Positions 17,646 to 26,820 of a stretch of DNA of 32,000 nt are shown here, in pieces; position 1 is the stretch's first letter; the number at the start of each line of letters is the position of its first letter. Made by a program: the position numbers and the translations under genes. Origin of the DNA: Aliivibrio fischeri ES114 (lineage in GTDB: Bacteria > Pseudomonadota > Gammaproteobacteria > Enterobacterales > Vibrionaceae); assembly GCF_000011805.1 (NCBI RefSeq), contig NC_006841.2; one strand, given 5' to 3'. The notes under the pieces were generated by a model that was not told the origin of the DNA, made no database searches, and saw nothing but the letters and a program-made list of their open reading frames with translations.

Positions 17646-18041
17646 TTAATTATGGTATAGGGTAATATTTTTCTTTACGGTATTTTTTAACGTTTTTATT
17701 GAAAAAGGCTTTTCTAATATAGTTTGCTTGGGAAAATTATATTGTTTCATTTCTAATAGTTTTTCAAACGAACCCATTAGAATGACATTTTGAGCAGCAG
17801 TGAAAGGATTAAACGATTTCTCACTTAAAAGTTCCATTTTATCTTCAATTGTGTATTTCTCACTGTCTAAATCGTAAACAACAAGATCAGGTACAGGTAT
17901 CTTATGCATGTCTTTTTCTGTGAGTTTATGAAAATTTGTGACTGTCATTGTCTTCGTATCATGTACATCATTTAGTTCACTCAGTACTTTATTTGCTACA
18001 TCTTTGATAAGAAAGTAATTACTTACTATTAATATGTTCAT
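17646..18041 (-). CDS. Single-domain receiver-like protein with a degenerate acidic pocket
   Basis: 131 aa, 18 nt upstream of the kinase gene on the same strand. REC-like layout: LVVYDLD, VILMGS, LEKPF. The N-terminal DD pair is replaced by SN (ILIVSNYF). Confidence 0.55.
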   Translation of the reverse strand: MNILIVSNYFLIKDVANKVLSELNDVHDTKTMTVTNFHKLTEKDMHKIPVPDLVVYDLDSEKYTIEDKMELLSEKSFNPFTAAQNVILMGSFEKLLEMKQYNFPKQTILEKPFSIKTLKNTVKKNITLYHN

Positions 18042-18164
18042 AACTATGGCTCAAAAAATGATGGATTTCAGTTCGCCATACTAATAGCTATTTAGATTTG
18101 TATTGATAGCATATTTAACTCGGCCTTTTAAATTTCTGCCTAAAGCGCATTATGCTTGGCTATT

Positions 18165-18323
18165 ATCTTTCGATAACGAATGTAGCACGCTCGTTTCTTT
18201 ATGGATTATATGGAGTAAGTAAGAGATGACTCATGGTCAGACCTGCTCGTTTGCTTGTTTTATGCTTTAGATCTTCTTTTTAGAATTCTGACACGTACTT
18301 TCTGTGCTCGAACGCTCATTTTG
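18165..18323 (+). promoter_or_regulatory. Cluster of GlpR-operator-like boxes upstream of glpF
   Basis: ATCTTTCGATAACGAATGTA (18165..18184) is a near-palindrome around TTCGATAACGAA. Further CTCG-containing repeats occur at 18187..18198, 18242..18253 and 18305..18323. Confidence 0.4.
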
Positions 18324-18427
18324 GTTGTGTTGATATTTTAAATATTAAGAATGAGAGTACATTTCTTGGTGCTTAACGTGAATGCTGTACCTACATATAA
18401 CGAATAAAACGCATAAAGGAATCAATC

Positions 18428-19282
18428 ATGAGACAAAATAAACAACATACCTTGTTTGGTGAATGCCTTGCAGAGTTCATTGGAACAGGGTTACTGATCT
18501 TTTTTGGTGTGGGCTGTGTTGCTGCTTTAGTGCTAACAGGAGCTGAATTTGGTCAATGGGAAGTAAGTATTATATGGGGCTTTGGCGTTGCCATTGCTAT
18601 CTATTGTACTGCGGGAGTGTCTGGTGCACATATCAATCCAGCGGTTACGATTGCACTTGCGGCTTTTCATGGCTTTGATAAGGCAAAAGTTATTCCATAT
18701 ATCATTTCACAAATGCTTGGCGCTTTTTGCTCTGCAGCATTAGTTTACTCTCTATACAGTAATTTATTTGCGGATTATGAAATCGCAAATGGTTTCCTAA
18801 GAAGCAGTGAAGCCGCATTATCCACTGCAGGTATCTTCTCAACTTATCCTCATCCCTCTTTGTCGATACTTGGTGCTTTTGCTGTTGAATTTGTAATTAC
18901 TGCTGTGCTTATGTTTGGAATTTTGGCACTAGGAGATGAGCATAATGGTGCTTCTCGTGGACCAATGAACCCATTACTTATTGGTATTTTAATCGCTGTT
19001 ATTGGTGGTTCGCTTGGGCCGCTAACTGGCTTTGCTATGAACCCAGCTCGTGATTTCGGACCAAAATTATTTGCATATCTAGCTGGATGGGATTATGCCT
19101 TAACTGGGGCGAAAGAAATTCCGTACTTTATTATTCCAATCTTAGCTCCTATTGCTGGTGCATGTTTTGGTGGTTGGGCATACCCAAAAATGATTGGTGC
19201 TTATCTACCTACGGCAGGGCAAGGTTGTACGATTCCGAATCAATGTGATAAAGATGAAGATAGTAAAACTGCTGAAGCATAA
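18428..19282 (+). CDS. glpF: Glycerol uptake facilitator (aquaglyceroporin)
   Basis: 284 aa. It is collinear with E. coli GlpF as I remember it (EFIGTGLLIFFGVGCVAA). Two NPA boxes: HINPAVT and MNPARD. Confidence 0.95.
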   Translation: MRQNKQHTLFGECLAEFIGTGLLIFFGVGCVAALVLTGAEFGQWEVSIIWGFGVAIAIYCTAGVSGAHINPAVTIALAAFHGFDKAKVIPYIISQMLGAFCSAALVYSLYSNLFADYEIANGFLRSSEAALSTAGIFSTYPHPSLSILGAFAVEFVITAVLMFGILALGDEHNGASRGPMNPLLIGILIAVIGGSLGPLTGFAMNPARDFGPKLFAYLAGWDYALTGAKEIPYFIIPILAPIAGACFGGWAYPKMIGAYLPTAGQGCTIPNQCDKDEDSKTAEA

Positions 19283-19347
19283 TTATTAGAATAAGTAATA
19301 TCTAACAAATAACACCCTACAATTAAATATAATAAAGGAAACTCATC

Positions 19348-20862
19348 ATGACTGAGCAAAAATACATTGTTGCACTTGACCAAGGTACTACCAGCTCTCG
19401 TGCTGTCATTCTTGACCACGATGCGAATATTGTCAGTGTTTCTCAGCGTGAATTTACTCAGATTTATCCAGAAGCTGGATGGGTTGAGCATGATCCACTA
19501 GAAATCTACGCAACACAAAGCTCTACACTTGTCGAAACGTTAGCAAAAGCGGGGATCCGAAGTGATCAAATCGCAGGTATCGGTATTACTAATCAGCGTG
19601 AAACAACAATTGTCTGGAATAAAGAGACGGGTAAGCCTGTATATAACGCAATTGTTTGGCAGTGTCGTCGAACTGCTGATACTTGTGAAAAATTAAAAGA
19701 AGCAGGATTAGAAGAATATATTCGTGAAAATACTGGTTTAGTTGTTGACCCATACTTTTCGGGAACCAAAATTAAGTGGATTCTAGATAACGTAGAGGGT
19801 GCACGAGAAGATGCTGAAGCAGGCAAGCTATTGTTTGGTACCGTAGATACTTGGCTTGTGTGGAAAATGACACAAGGACGCGTTCATGTGACAGATTATA
19901 CTAATGCGTCACGTACTATGGTGTTTAATATCAATACACTTCAATGGGATGAAAAACTGCTAAAAGAATTAGATATTCCACTTTCAATGATGCCTGAAGT
20001 GAAATCATCATCAGAAGTATATGGTGAAACAAACATAGGTGGTAAAGGCGGAACACGTATTCCTATTGCAGGCATTGCAGGTGATCAGCAAGCAGCACTC
20101 TATGGGCAAATGTGTGTTGAACAAGGTCAAGCAAAAAATACCTATGGAACTGGTTGCTTCTTGTTAATGAATACTGGAAAAGAAAAAGTAACCTCTCGTA
20201 ATGGCCTACTAACTACATTAGCTTGTGGTCCTAGAGGTGAAGCATCTTATGCCCTTGAAGGTGCAGTGTTTATGGGCGGGGCTTCTATCCAATGGTTACG
20301 TGATGAGATGAAATTATTGGCCGATGCTAAAGATTCAGAGTATTTTGCGACCAAAGTAGACACCTCTAATGGTGTATATGTTGTTCCTGCTTTTACTGGT
20401 CTTGGCGCGCCATATTGGGATGCTTATGCACGCGGTACGATTGTAGGCTTAACTCGTGGTTGTGGCTCTAACCATATTATTCGTGCAACGCTAGAAAGTA
20501 TTGCTTATCAAACTCGTGATGTAATTGATGCTATGCAGGCGGATTCCGGCATTAAATTATCTGCACTTCGTGTTGATGGTGGTGCGGTAGCGAATAATTT
20601 CTTAATGCAATTCCAATCGGATGTTTTAGATGTTGCGGTTCATCGTCCAAAAGTTACTGAAGTAACGGCTCTTGGTGCGGCATATCTTGCTGGTCTAGCG
20701 GTCGGTTTCTGGAATGGTTTAGATGAGCTAGCAGATAAGGCCGTCATTGATCGTTCGTTTGAACCACATCATGATGAGGAGAAACGTAATCAGCGTTATC
20801 GTGGTTGGAAACGAGCAGTAAAATGTGCGCAAGCTTGGGCAGAGTTACATGATGAAGAGTAA
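19348..20862 (+). CDS. glpK: Glycerol kinase
   Basis: 504 aa. The N-terminal [16 protein letters not shown] and the FGGY-family motifs throughout are highly similar to enterobacterial GlpK. Confidence 0.97.
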   Translation: MTEQKYIVALDQGTTSSRAVILDHDANIVSVSQREFTQIYPEAGWVEHDPLEIYATQSSTLVETLAKAGIRSDQIAGIGITNQRETTIVWNKETGKPVYNAIVWQCRRTADTCEKLKEAGLEEYIRENTGLVVDPYFSGTKIKWILDNVEGAREDAEAGKLLFGTVDTWLVWKMTQGRVHVTDYTNASRTMVFNINTLQWDEKLLKELDIPLSMMPEVKSSSEVYGETNIGGKGGTRIPIAGIAGDQQAALYGQMCVEQGQAKNTYGTGCFLLMNTGKEKVTSRNGLLTTLACGPRGEASYALEGAVFMGGASIQWLRDEMKLLADAKDSEYFATKVDTSNGVYVVPAFTGLGAPYWDAYARGTIVGLTRGCGSNHIIRATLESIAYQTRDVIDAMQADSGIKLSALRVDGGAVANNFLMQFQSDVLDVAVHRPKVTEVTALGAAYLAGLAVGFWNGLDELADKAVIDRSFEPHHDEEKRNQRYRGWKRAVKCAQAWAELHDEE

Positions 20863-20887
20863 TTAATCTAATTTGCTGTTAAATTAT

Positions 20888-20921
20888 ACAAAAGGAGCAC
20901 ATATATTGTGCTCCTTTTTTT
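20888..20921. terminator. Bidirectional terminator between convergent glpK and the rscS-like gene
   Basis: 11-bp stem AAAGGAGCACA (20891..20901) / TGTGCTCCTTT (20907..20917) with loop TATAT. It is flanked by an A-run and a T-run. Confidence 0.8.
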
Positions 20922-20931
20922 ATGACGAAGT

Positions 20932-23715
20932 TTATTGTGTTTCATACTTCTCTAATAATCGAGATGCTTGTTGAATATTAATTTTTAGTAAATTTATCAA
21001 TTGCTGAACATCTTCTAGCTTCGGCATGTTTTTTTTCTTCGCGCATAGCTCAATTGAGGTTGCTATTTTTATTAAGCGTGAGGCACTGAAATTAGAAGCC
21101 ATACCTTTTATCGAGTGAGCATTAAATCGAATTGATTTTATATCCTTCCTTTCAAACGCAGTGATGATTTCTGTGATGTTTTCTTCTGATGTATCGATAA
21201 ATGATTGTAAAAATACACAAATAATTTCGCTATCAGTACCACAAATATCTTGTATTGAAGTCAGTTTTATTTCCGCTTCAGTTAGTGCATCATCTGAAAG
21301 TTTATATTTAGAAGGGCGTTTCAATTCTATGATATTGCTATTTTTTTCTTGAGTGGGGTACGACGTTCTTTTTTGTTGGATGATTGCATCTTGATATTGT
21401 TTGATTGCGCCAATGAAATCATTTTCTTGTAATGGTTTAGTTAAGACATAGTTTGCTCCTGCTTTTAAAAAGTTATCATGTGCTTTTTGAAAGGCATTTG
21501 CTGTGTAAGCAAAAATAACCGTTGAGATTTTTAATTTTTCTCTGATTATTTTTGTGGCTAAAATACCGTCCATTACAGGCATATGGTTATCCATGATAAT
21601 TAAATCGAAATGCGTTTCTTTTAATTTGTCGATGGCAACTTTTCCATTTTCTGCAATGATCGCCTTATGTCCTAGTCGTTGACAAAACATCTGAGCGACC
21701 AATGCATTAATTTTATTATCTTCAGCGATTAATATGGACAAATTTGCCATTGGAATAGGATTTGTTGATTTACTTTGTCCTGATGGTAGTAGGGCATCGT
21801 TATCTTTTAATTGTTTTGATTTGGTTATATCAAGAGGCAGAACTAAAGTAAAACAAGACCCTTTTCCTTCAGAGCTGCTGACTGAAATATATCCTCTCAT
21901 TATATCGGTTAATTGTTTTACAATGGCAAGACCTAACCCTGTACCACCATACTGGCGCGTGGTGCTAGCTTCAGCTTGAATATAGGGTTCAAATATGTGT
22001 TTTAGTCGGTTTTCTCGTATGCCTACACCTGTATCTTTAATTTTTATTTGAACAGCTTGTTTACCTTTACCTGTTAGAGTATGGCTAAAATTAAGAGTAA
22101 TGCTTCCCTCATGAGTGAATTTCACTGCGTTGCTGATTAAATTAAAAATAATTTGTCGTATACGAGGTTTATCGCCAATGAAAACTATTTCATTGTTAAT
22201 CTTATTATCAATAATAAATTTAAGCCCTTTATTTTCACAAACTGATAGATAAGTATTAGTGATAGGTTCAATTATATCAACAAAGTAAAAAGAAGCATGA
22301 TTAAGTTCTAGTTTATTTTGTTCTATTTTTGAAAAGTCTAATATTTCATTGAGCAAAAATAGCAAATGGTCGCCTGATTCCAGTAGCATTTTTATTTGTT
22401 TATGCTGCTCTTTATCTTTTATATTACTTTCAATAATTTGAGCCATTCCCAATATACCATTAAGAGGTGTCCTTAACTCATGGCTCATAGTTGCTAAAAA
22501 CGTAGATTTAGCTCTATTTGAAACATCGGCTTTATTTGCTGCTTTTATTAACTTATCTTCTAGTTCTTTTTTTTTAGTGATGTCTCTTTCTACGGCAATG
22601 TAGTGCATGATATTGCCATTAGGTTCCAAAATTGGAGTTATGGATACATCTATCCAGAATAAAGTTCCATCTTTATGATGATTTGTTAATTCAAAAGATA
22701 TGGATGTTCCTGTTTCTAAGGATTGAAGCAAGATAATAATATTGGCATGTTTTATTTTATCTAACTGCAGAATTGATGGAAGATCTTTACCTTCAATATC
22801 CTCTAATGTATTACCGGATAAAGCAGAATAACTTTGGTTTATCCAAGTTAACCTGCCTTGTTTGTCCAAAATGAATATTGCGTCATGAGCATACTCGGCA
22901 ACGAGCGCTAATTTTGCTTTTTCTTTTTCAGAGCGGATTAATTCCCTTTTTATAGTTAATGTTTTTATAAGTTTATCATTAAGACGAATATAAAAATAAA
23001 GTGCTATACAACAAAGTAAAAATAAGGTTGTTATAAATAATTGAGTTTTTATCGTTTCAGATTGGGTTATCCAATAAGCATTTTGCTTTGTAAGTGTTTG
23101 CTTTACTGTACTGTCGATACTTTGTTCTTTTGGTTTTGACTCAATACGTTTACGCAGTTTTATGTAGTTGGGTAAGCTAGTGAAATCAGAATCATTGATT
23201 GCAGTGTCTGATAAAGCAATTTCTTTAGGTAAAGTTCTATGTAAGGTTAATTGAGAAGTTAGATATTTATCCTCAACATTTTGTACGTTATTTGTTAATT
23301 GTTTTTCTAATAAAAAAATAGTGTGGATTGTGTATTCTTTGAATACTTTTAGTTTAAGTAAAGATTCAAGATCGGTGACAATCACAACGATATTGGAATA
23401 AGTATTTTGAGAAACAAATACTTGGCTATCACTAATTAGAAAAAACTCTAACCAAGAAGCAGTACGACGATTATACAAAAATGAAGCTTGCAGCTCACTA
23501 TCAACGAGTAGCGAAGCATACTCATCGTACGTTTTACTGTCTTGATGATTAAAGTGATAAATATTTTCACGTGATTGAATTATATTATGTGATGGTGTTA
23601 AATAGGCCCGCTGATATTGTTTTACAGGATGGTTCCTCGTGAGCATGAGATAAATGATAATTAATGTGCAAGTAATGATTGTGATAAGGCTATAACGTAA
23701 TAATTGATTTTTCAT
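20932..23715 (-). CDS. rscS: Hybrid sensor kinase (2 TM, periplasmic loop, PAS, HisKA, HATPase, REC, HPt); probable RscS
   Basis: 927 aa. By my count, H412 lies in TMSHELRTP, D709 in LIIMDNHMPVMDG and H867 in NAHSIKGMASNFSA. This matches the length and the H412/D709/H867 phosphorylation sites I recall for V. fischeri RscS. The location between glpK and glpR is also as I recall it. Confidence 0.8.
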   Translation of the reverse strand: MKNQLLRYSLITIITCTLIIIYLMLTRNHPVKQYQRAYLTPSHNIIQSRENIYHFNHQDSKTYDEYASLLVDSELQASFLYNRRTASWLEFFLISDSQVFVSQNTYSNIVVIVTDLESLLKLKVFKEYTIHTIFLLEKQLTNNVQNVEDKYLTSQLTLHRTLPKEIALSDTAINDSDFTSLPNYIKLRKRIESKPKEQSIDSTVKQTLTKQNAYWITQSETIKTQLFITTLFLLCCIALYFYIRLNDKLIKTLTIKRELIRSEKEKAKLALVAEYAHDAIFILDKQGRLTWINQSYSALSGNTLEDIEGKDLPSILQLDKIKHANIIILLQSLETGTSISFELTNHHKDGTLFWIDVSITPILEPNGNIMHYIAVERDITKKKELEDKLIKAANKADVSNRAKSTFLATMSHELRTPLNGILGMAQIIESNIKDKEQHKQIKMLLESGDHLLFLLNEILDFSKIEQNKLELNHASFYFVDIIEPITNTYLSVCENKGLKFIIDNKINNEIVFIGDKPRIRQIIFNLISNAVKFTHEGSITLNFSHTLTGKGKQAVQIKIKDTGVGIRENRLKHIFEPYIQAEASTTRQYGGTGLGLAIVKQLTDIMRGYISVSSSEGKGSCFTLVLPLDITKSKQLKDNDALLPSGQSKSTNPIPMANLSILIAEDNKINALVAQMFCQRLGHKAIIAENGKVAIDKLKETHFDLIIMDNHMPVMDGILATKIIREKLKISTVIFAYTANAFQKAHDNFLKAGANYVLTKPLQENDFIGAIKQYQDAIIQQKRTSYPTQEKNSNIIELKRPSKYKLSDDALTEAEIKLTSIQDICGTDSEIICVFLQSFIDTSEENITEIITAFERKDIKSIRFNAHSIKGMASNFSASRLIKIATSIELCAKKKNMPKLEDVQQLINLLKINIQQASRLLEKYETQ

Positions 23716-24066
23716 TGCATTAGCTCCTATAAAATAGTCTGTTTGGAGCTATGAGTGTATTTTAAGAAAGCACTTATTTTTACAATCGTCATTGGTGCTA
23801 ATTGGCCTAGCTTTTGATATTTAATAATTGATGGTTAATTGTCATCTATTTCAAAAGGTTATGGATAGAACTCTCTATTTGTTTTTCTAAACTTGTAGCT
23901 CATTCGTCTAAAAAAATCGAGTGTTAAGGTCCATACTAAATATGGTAGGGGAGTTTCTTGAGTTGATTCCACTCTGCTATATAACTGGTGGTGACAAGAG
24001 TGCAATTTGAATACAACTTGGTGTCTATAAATAGCTTAAGTCCAAGCTTTCTTCACATGTTGTAGA

Positions 24067-24110
24067 AAATGCTCGATTAAGCGTATTCAAGAACATTCGA
24101 ATTCGGTACG
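24067..24110. promoter_or_regulatory. GlpR-operator-like half sites in the rscS/glpR divergent region
   Basis: AAATGCTCGATTAAGCGTATT and GAACATTCGAATTCGGTACG contain the same (T/C)TCGA cores as the glpF and glpD boxes. Only the left halves match well. Confidence 0.3.
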
Positions 24111-24296
24111 TTTTCAATTTGTATAAGATCTACTCTAATTTAGAGATTTTTTATCAATTGTGTTTTCTTTTCCGAACTTTAATTGATATATATCACGCAT
24201 ATTCATCGCAATTATTTCCAATTTTATGAGCTTCTTTGTACACTTTATTGAGTAAAATATTAAGTTGTTGATTGTTCGTAATTAGGGGAGTAATTC

Positions 24297-25064
24297 GTGA
24301 AGCAATTATCAAGACATCAAGAAATCGTAAACTTAGTCCAGCAACACGGATACGTCAGTACTGAAGATTTAGTTGAACAATTTAAAGTTAGTCCACAAAC
24401 CATTCGTCGTGATTTAAATGAATTAGCCGATGAAAATAAAATTCGTCGTCATCATGGTGGCGCGACCATTCCTCTTAGTTCAGTTAATACAGCCTATACA
24501 ACACGTAAGGTAATGCAACTAAATGAAAAAGACACAATTGCAGAGGCATTAGCAAAGCATATACCTGACGGTGCGACCTTGTTTATTGATATTGGAACAA
24601 CACCTGAATCAGTCGCTAAAGCATTAGTAAAAAACCATAAAGACCTACGTGTTGTTACTAACAATATCAATGTTGCTATGATTTTAATGGCAAATCCAGA
24701 CTTTAAAGTGATTTTAGCTGGTGGGGAAGTTCGTAATCGTGATGGTGGAATTGTAGGTGAAGCAACATTAGATTTTATTAAACAATTCCGTTTAGATTTT
24801 GGTATTTTGGGGATCAGTGGTATTGACTATGATGGGTCACTACTGGATTTTGATTATCATGAAGTTAGAGTAAAGAAAGCGATTATTGAAAACAGTCGTA
24901 GTGTTTACCTTGCTGTGGATCATACGAAATTTGGCCGTAATGCTATGGTTAATTTAGGTAGCATTACTGAATTACATATGATTATCACAGATCAAGAACC
25001 ACCAGAAGAAATCGTCACGATTTTAAAAGATAATGAAATTCCTTATGAAGTAATTTCAAAGTAG
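24297..25064 (+). CDS. glpR: DeoR-family glycerol-3-phosphate regulon repressor
   Basis: 255 aa with a GTG start. It is near-collinear with E. coli GlpR as I remember it (VSPQTIRRDLNELA, LFIDIGTTPE, GEATLDFIKQFRLDFGILGISGID, KFGRNAMVN). Confidence 0.9.
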   Translation: MKQLSRHQEIVNLVQQHGYVSTEDLVEQFKVSPQTIRRDLNELADENKIRRHHGGATIPLSSVNTAYTTRKVMQLNEKDTIAEALAKHIPDGATLFIDIGTTPESVAKALVKNHKDLRVVTNNINVAMILMANPDFKVILAGGEVRNRDGGIVGEATLDFIKQFRLDFGILGISGIDYDGSLLDFDYHEVRVKKAIIENSRSVYLAVDHTKFGRNAMVNLGSITELHMIITDQEPPEEIVTILKDNEIPYEVISK

Positions 25065-25086
25065 CTCTCATTTCTGACGAATAAAC

Positions 25087-25120
25087 GATCCCTGTTCTTG
25101 ATTAAGATCAGGGATTTTTT
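25087..25120 (+). terminator. Rho-independent terminator after glpR
   Basis: Stem GATCCCTG(T)TCTT / AAGA(T)CAGGGAT with one mismatch, followed by TTTTTT (25115..25120). Confidence 0.7.
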
Positions 25121-25136
25121 ATATCTGCATCACACT

Positions 25137-25226
25137 AAATGTTCGAAATCGAAAATATAAAGTGACTCTAAACGAAAGTTAAGCTATCGTATTTTTATCG
25201 TTAGTAATGTTCGTTCGCTCATTTTG
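25137..25226 (+). promoter_or_regulatory. Two GlpR-operator-like boxes in the glpD promoter/leader
   Basis: AAATGTTCGAAATCGAAAATAT (25137..25158) and TGTTCGTTCGCTCATTTTG (25208..25226). The second is 16/19 identical to 18305..18323 upstream of glpF. Confidence 0.45.
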
Positions 25227-25241
25227 TGTAAAGGTTAGACT

Positions 25242-26789
25242 ATGAATAATGAAAACAAAACTCATATAGCCGATTCAGTTTTAGACGTCATTGTTGTTGG
25301 TGGTGGTATTAATGGCGCAGGTATTGCTGCAGATGCCGCTGGCCGGGGCTTAACCGTTGGTTTATATGAAGCATCTGATTTTGCTTCTGCAACTTCATCG
25401 GCAAGTTCAAAGCTCATTCATGGAGGATTAAGATATTTAGAACATTATGAGTTCCGTCTAGTTTCTGAGGCATTAGCAGAACGTGAAGTGCTATTAGCTA
25501 AAGCACCACATATAGCTAAGCCAATGCGCTTTCGTTTACCCCATCGTCCATTTTTACGCCCAGCATGGATGATCCGTGCTGGTCTTTTCCTTTACGATAA
25601 TTTGGGCAAACGAACAACACTTCCTGCTAGCCATTCAGTTGATCTTGCTGCTTCAGGCTTGCTTAAAAGTGAAATAACAAAAGGCTTTGAATATTCGGAT
25701 TGTTGGGTAGATGATGCTCGTTTAGTTATTTTAAATGCGATGGCCGCAGAAAAAAATGGGGCTGAAGTTAAAAACTATTGCCGAGTAGAAAAGGCGATTC
25801 GTGTTGATAATATTTGGCATGTAACGGTTTTTGACGTGCAAGCGAATGTTCGCTTTGAACGTAAAGCTAGAGCTTTGGTCAACGCTGCTGGACCGTGGGT
25901 AAAACAGTTTTTTGATGACAGTTTAGAAGATGAGTCTCCTCGCAATATTCGCTTAGTAAAAGGCTCACATATTGTTGTGCCTAAAATTCATAATGAAGAG
26001 CAAGCGTATATTTTACAAAATAAAGATAATCGCATTGTGTTTGTTATTCCTTATATGGAAGATTTTTCAATTATTGGTACTACCGATGTTGAATATAAAG
26101 GTGATCCAAGAAAAGTAGAAATTTCTGAAGAAGAAGTTAATTATCTTATTGATGTTGTTAATCAACACTTTGTTGATCAAATAAAACGTGATGATGTTGT
26201 TTGGACTTATAGTGGCGTACGACCACTGTGTGATGATGAATCAGATTCACCTCAAGCGATTACCCGAGATTATACGTTAGAATTAGAGCAAGAGTTAGAT
26301 CAAGCTCCATTACTCTCCATTTTTGGTGGCAAATTAACGACCTATCGTAAGTTAGGTGAAACGGCGATGAAAATGTTGAACCCATATTTTGCTAAAATGG
26401 GGACGCCATGGACCAGAAATGTTGCATTACCTGGAGGGGATTTTGATTATCCTCGACATCAACTGGTCGATAATATCTGTTGTAAACATCCATGGTTGGC
26501 TAAAGAAACCGTGACACGTTATGTTAATCAATTTGGAACATTAACATGGACTTTATTAGAGGGTATTGAGTGTCAATCTGATATGGGAGAGTTGTTTGCT
26601 CAAGGCGTTTATCAGGCTGAAATTGACTATTTAATTAAACATGAATTTGCTAAGAATGCAGAAGATGTTCTATGGAGAAGAACTAAACTTGGTCTATATT
26701 TGACAGAAGAAGAAGAGAAACAAATAGCGTTATATATCGAAAGTTATTTAAGCCATAGACATAAAGTAAAACTTCAAAATGTGATATAA
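25242..26789 (+). CDS. glpD: Aerobic glycerol-3-phosphate dehydrogenase
   Basis: 515 aa. N-terminal FAD fold DVIVVGGGINGAGIAADAAGRGL. The GlpD-type sequence runs throughout (SSKLIHGGLRYLE, GGKLTTYRKL). Confidence 0.95.
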   Translation: MNNENKTHIADSVLDVIVVGGGINGAGIAADAAGRGLTVGLYEASDFASATSSASSKLIHGGLRYLEHYEFRLVSEALAEREVLLAKAPHIAKPMRFRLPHRPFLRPAWMIRAGLFLYDNLGKRTTLPASHSVDLAASGLLKSEITKGFEYSDCWVDDARLVILNAMAAEKNGAEVKNYCRVEKAIRVDNIWHVTVFDVQANVRFERKARALVNAAGPWVKQFFDDSLEDESPRNIRLVKGSHIVVPKIHNEEQAYILQNKDNRIVFVIPYMEDFSIIGTTDVEYKGDPRKVEISEEEVNYLIDVVNQHFVDQIKRDDVVWTYSGVRPLCDDESDSPQAITRDYTLELEQELDQAPLLSIFGGKLTTYRKLGETAMKMLNPYFAKMGTPWTRNVALPGGDFDYPRHQLVDNICCKHPWLAKETVTRYVNQFGTLTWTLLEGIECQSDMGELFAQGVYQAEIDYLIKHEFAKNAEDVLWRRTKLGLYLTEEEEKQIALYIESYLSHRHKVKLQNVI

Positions 26790-26794
26790 ACGAA

Positions 26795-26820
26795 AGCAGC
26801 CACGATTGGCTGCTTTTTTT
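26795..26820. terminator. Bidirectional terminator between convergent glpD and the ToxR-like gene
   Basis: Stem AGCAGCCA (26795..26802) / TGGCTGCT (26807..26814) with loop CGAT and T-run 26814..26820. The minus-strand stop codon (26819..26821) sits in the T-run. Confidence 0.8.

Noticed and set aside
18383-18400. A lux-box or CRP-like dyad (GCTGTACCTACAT) upstream of glpF
   Set aside because: Only 4-bp arms (TGTA/TACA) are present, which is far from the 20-bp lux box or the TGTGA-N6-TCACA CRP consensus.
19240-21979. Antisense ORFs within or across glpF, glpK and the rscS-like gene (19240..19491, 19593..19826 minus strand; 21161..21352, 21734..21979 plus strand)
   Set aside because: They lie opposite highly conserved coding sequence and show no start signals.
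20863-24296. Mobile-element boundaries around the rscS-like gene
   Set aside because: I could find no transposase or integrase ORF, terminal inverted repeats, target-site duplication or adjacent tRNA. The foreign-origin argument rests only on composition, orientation and remembered literature.
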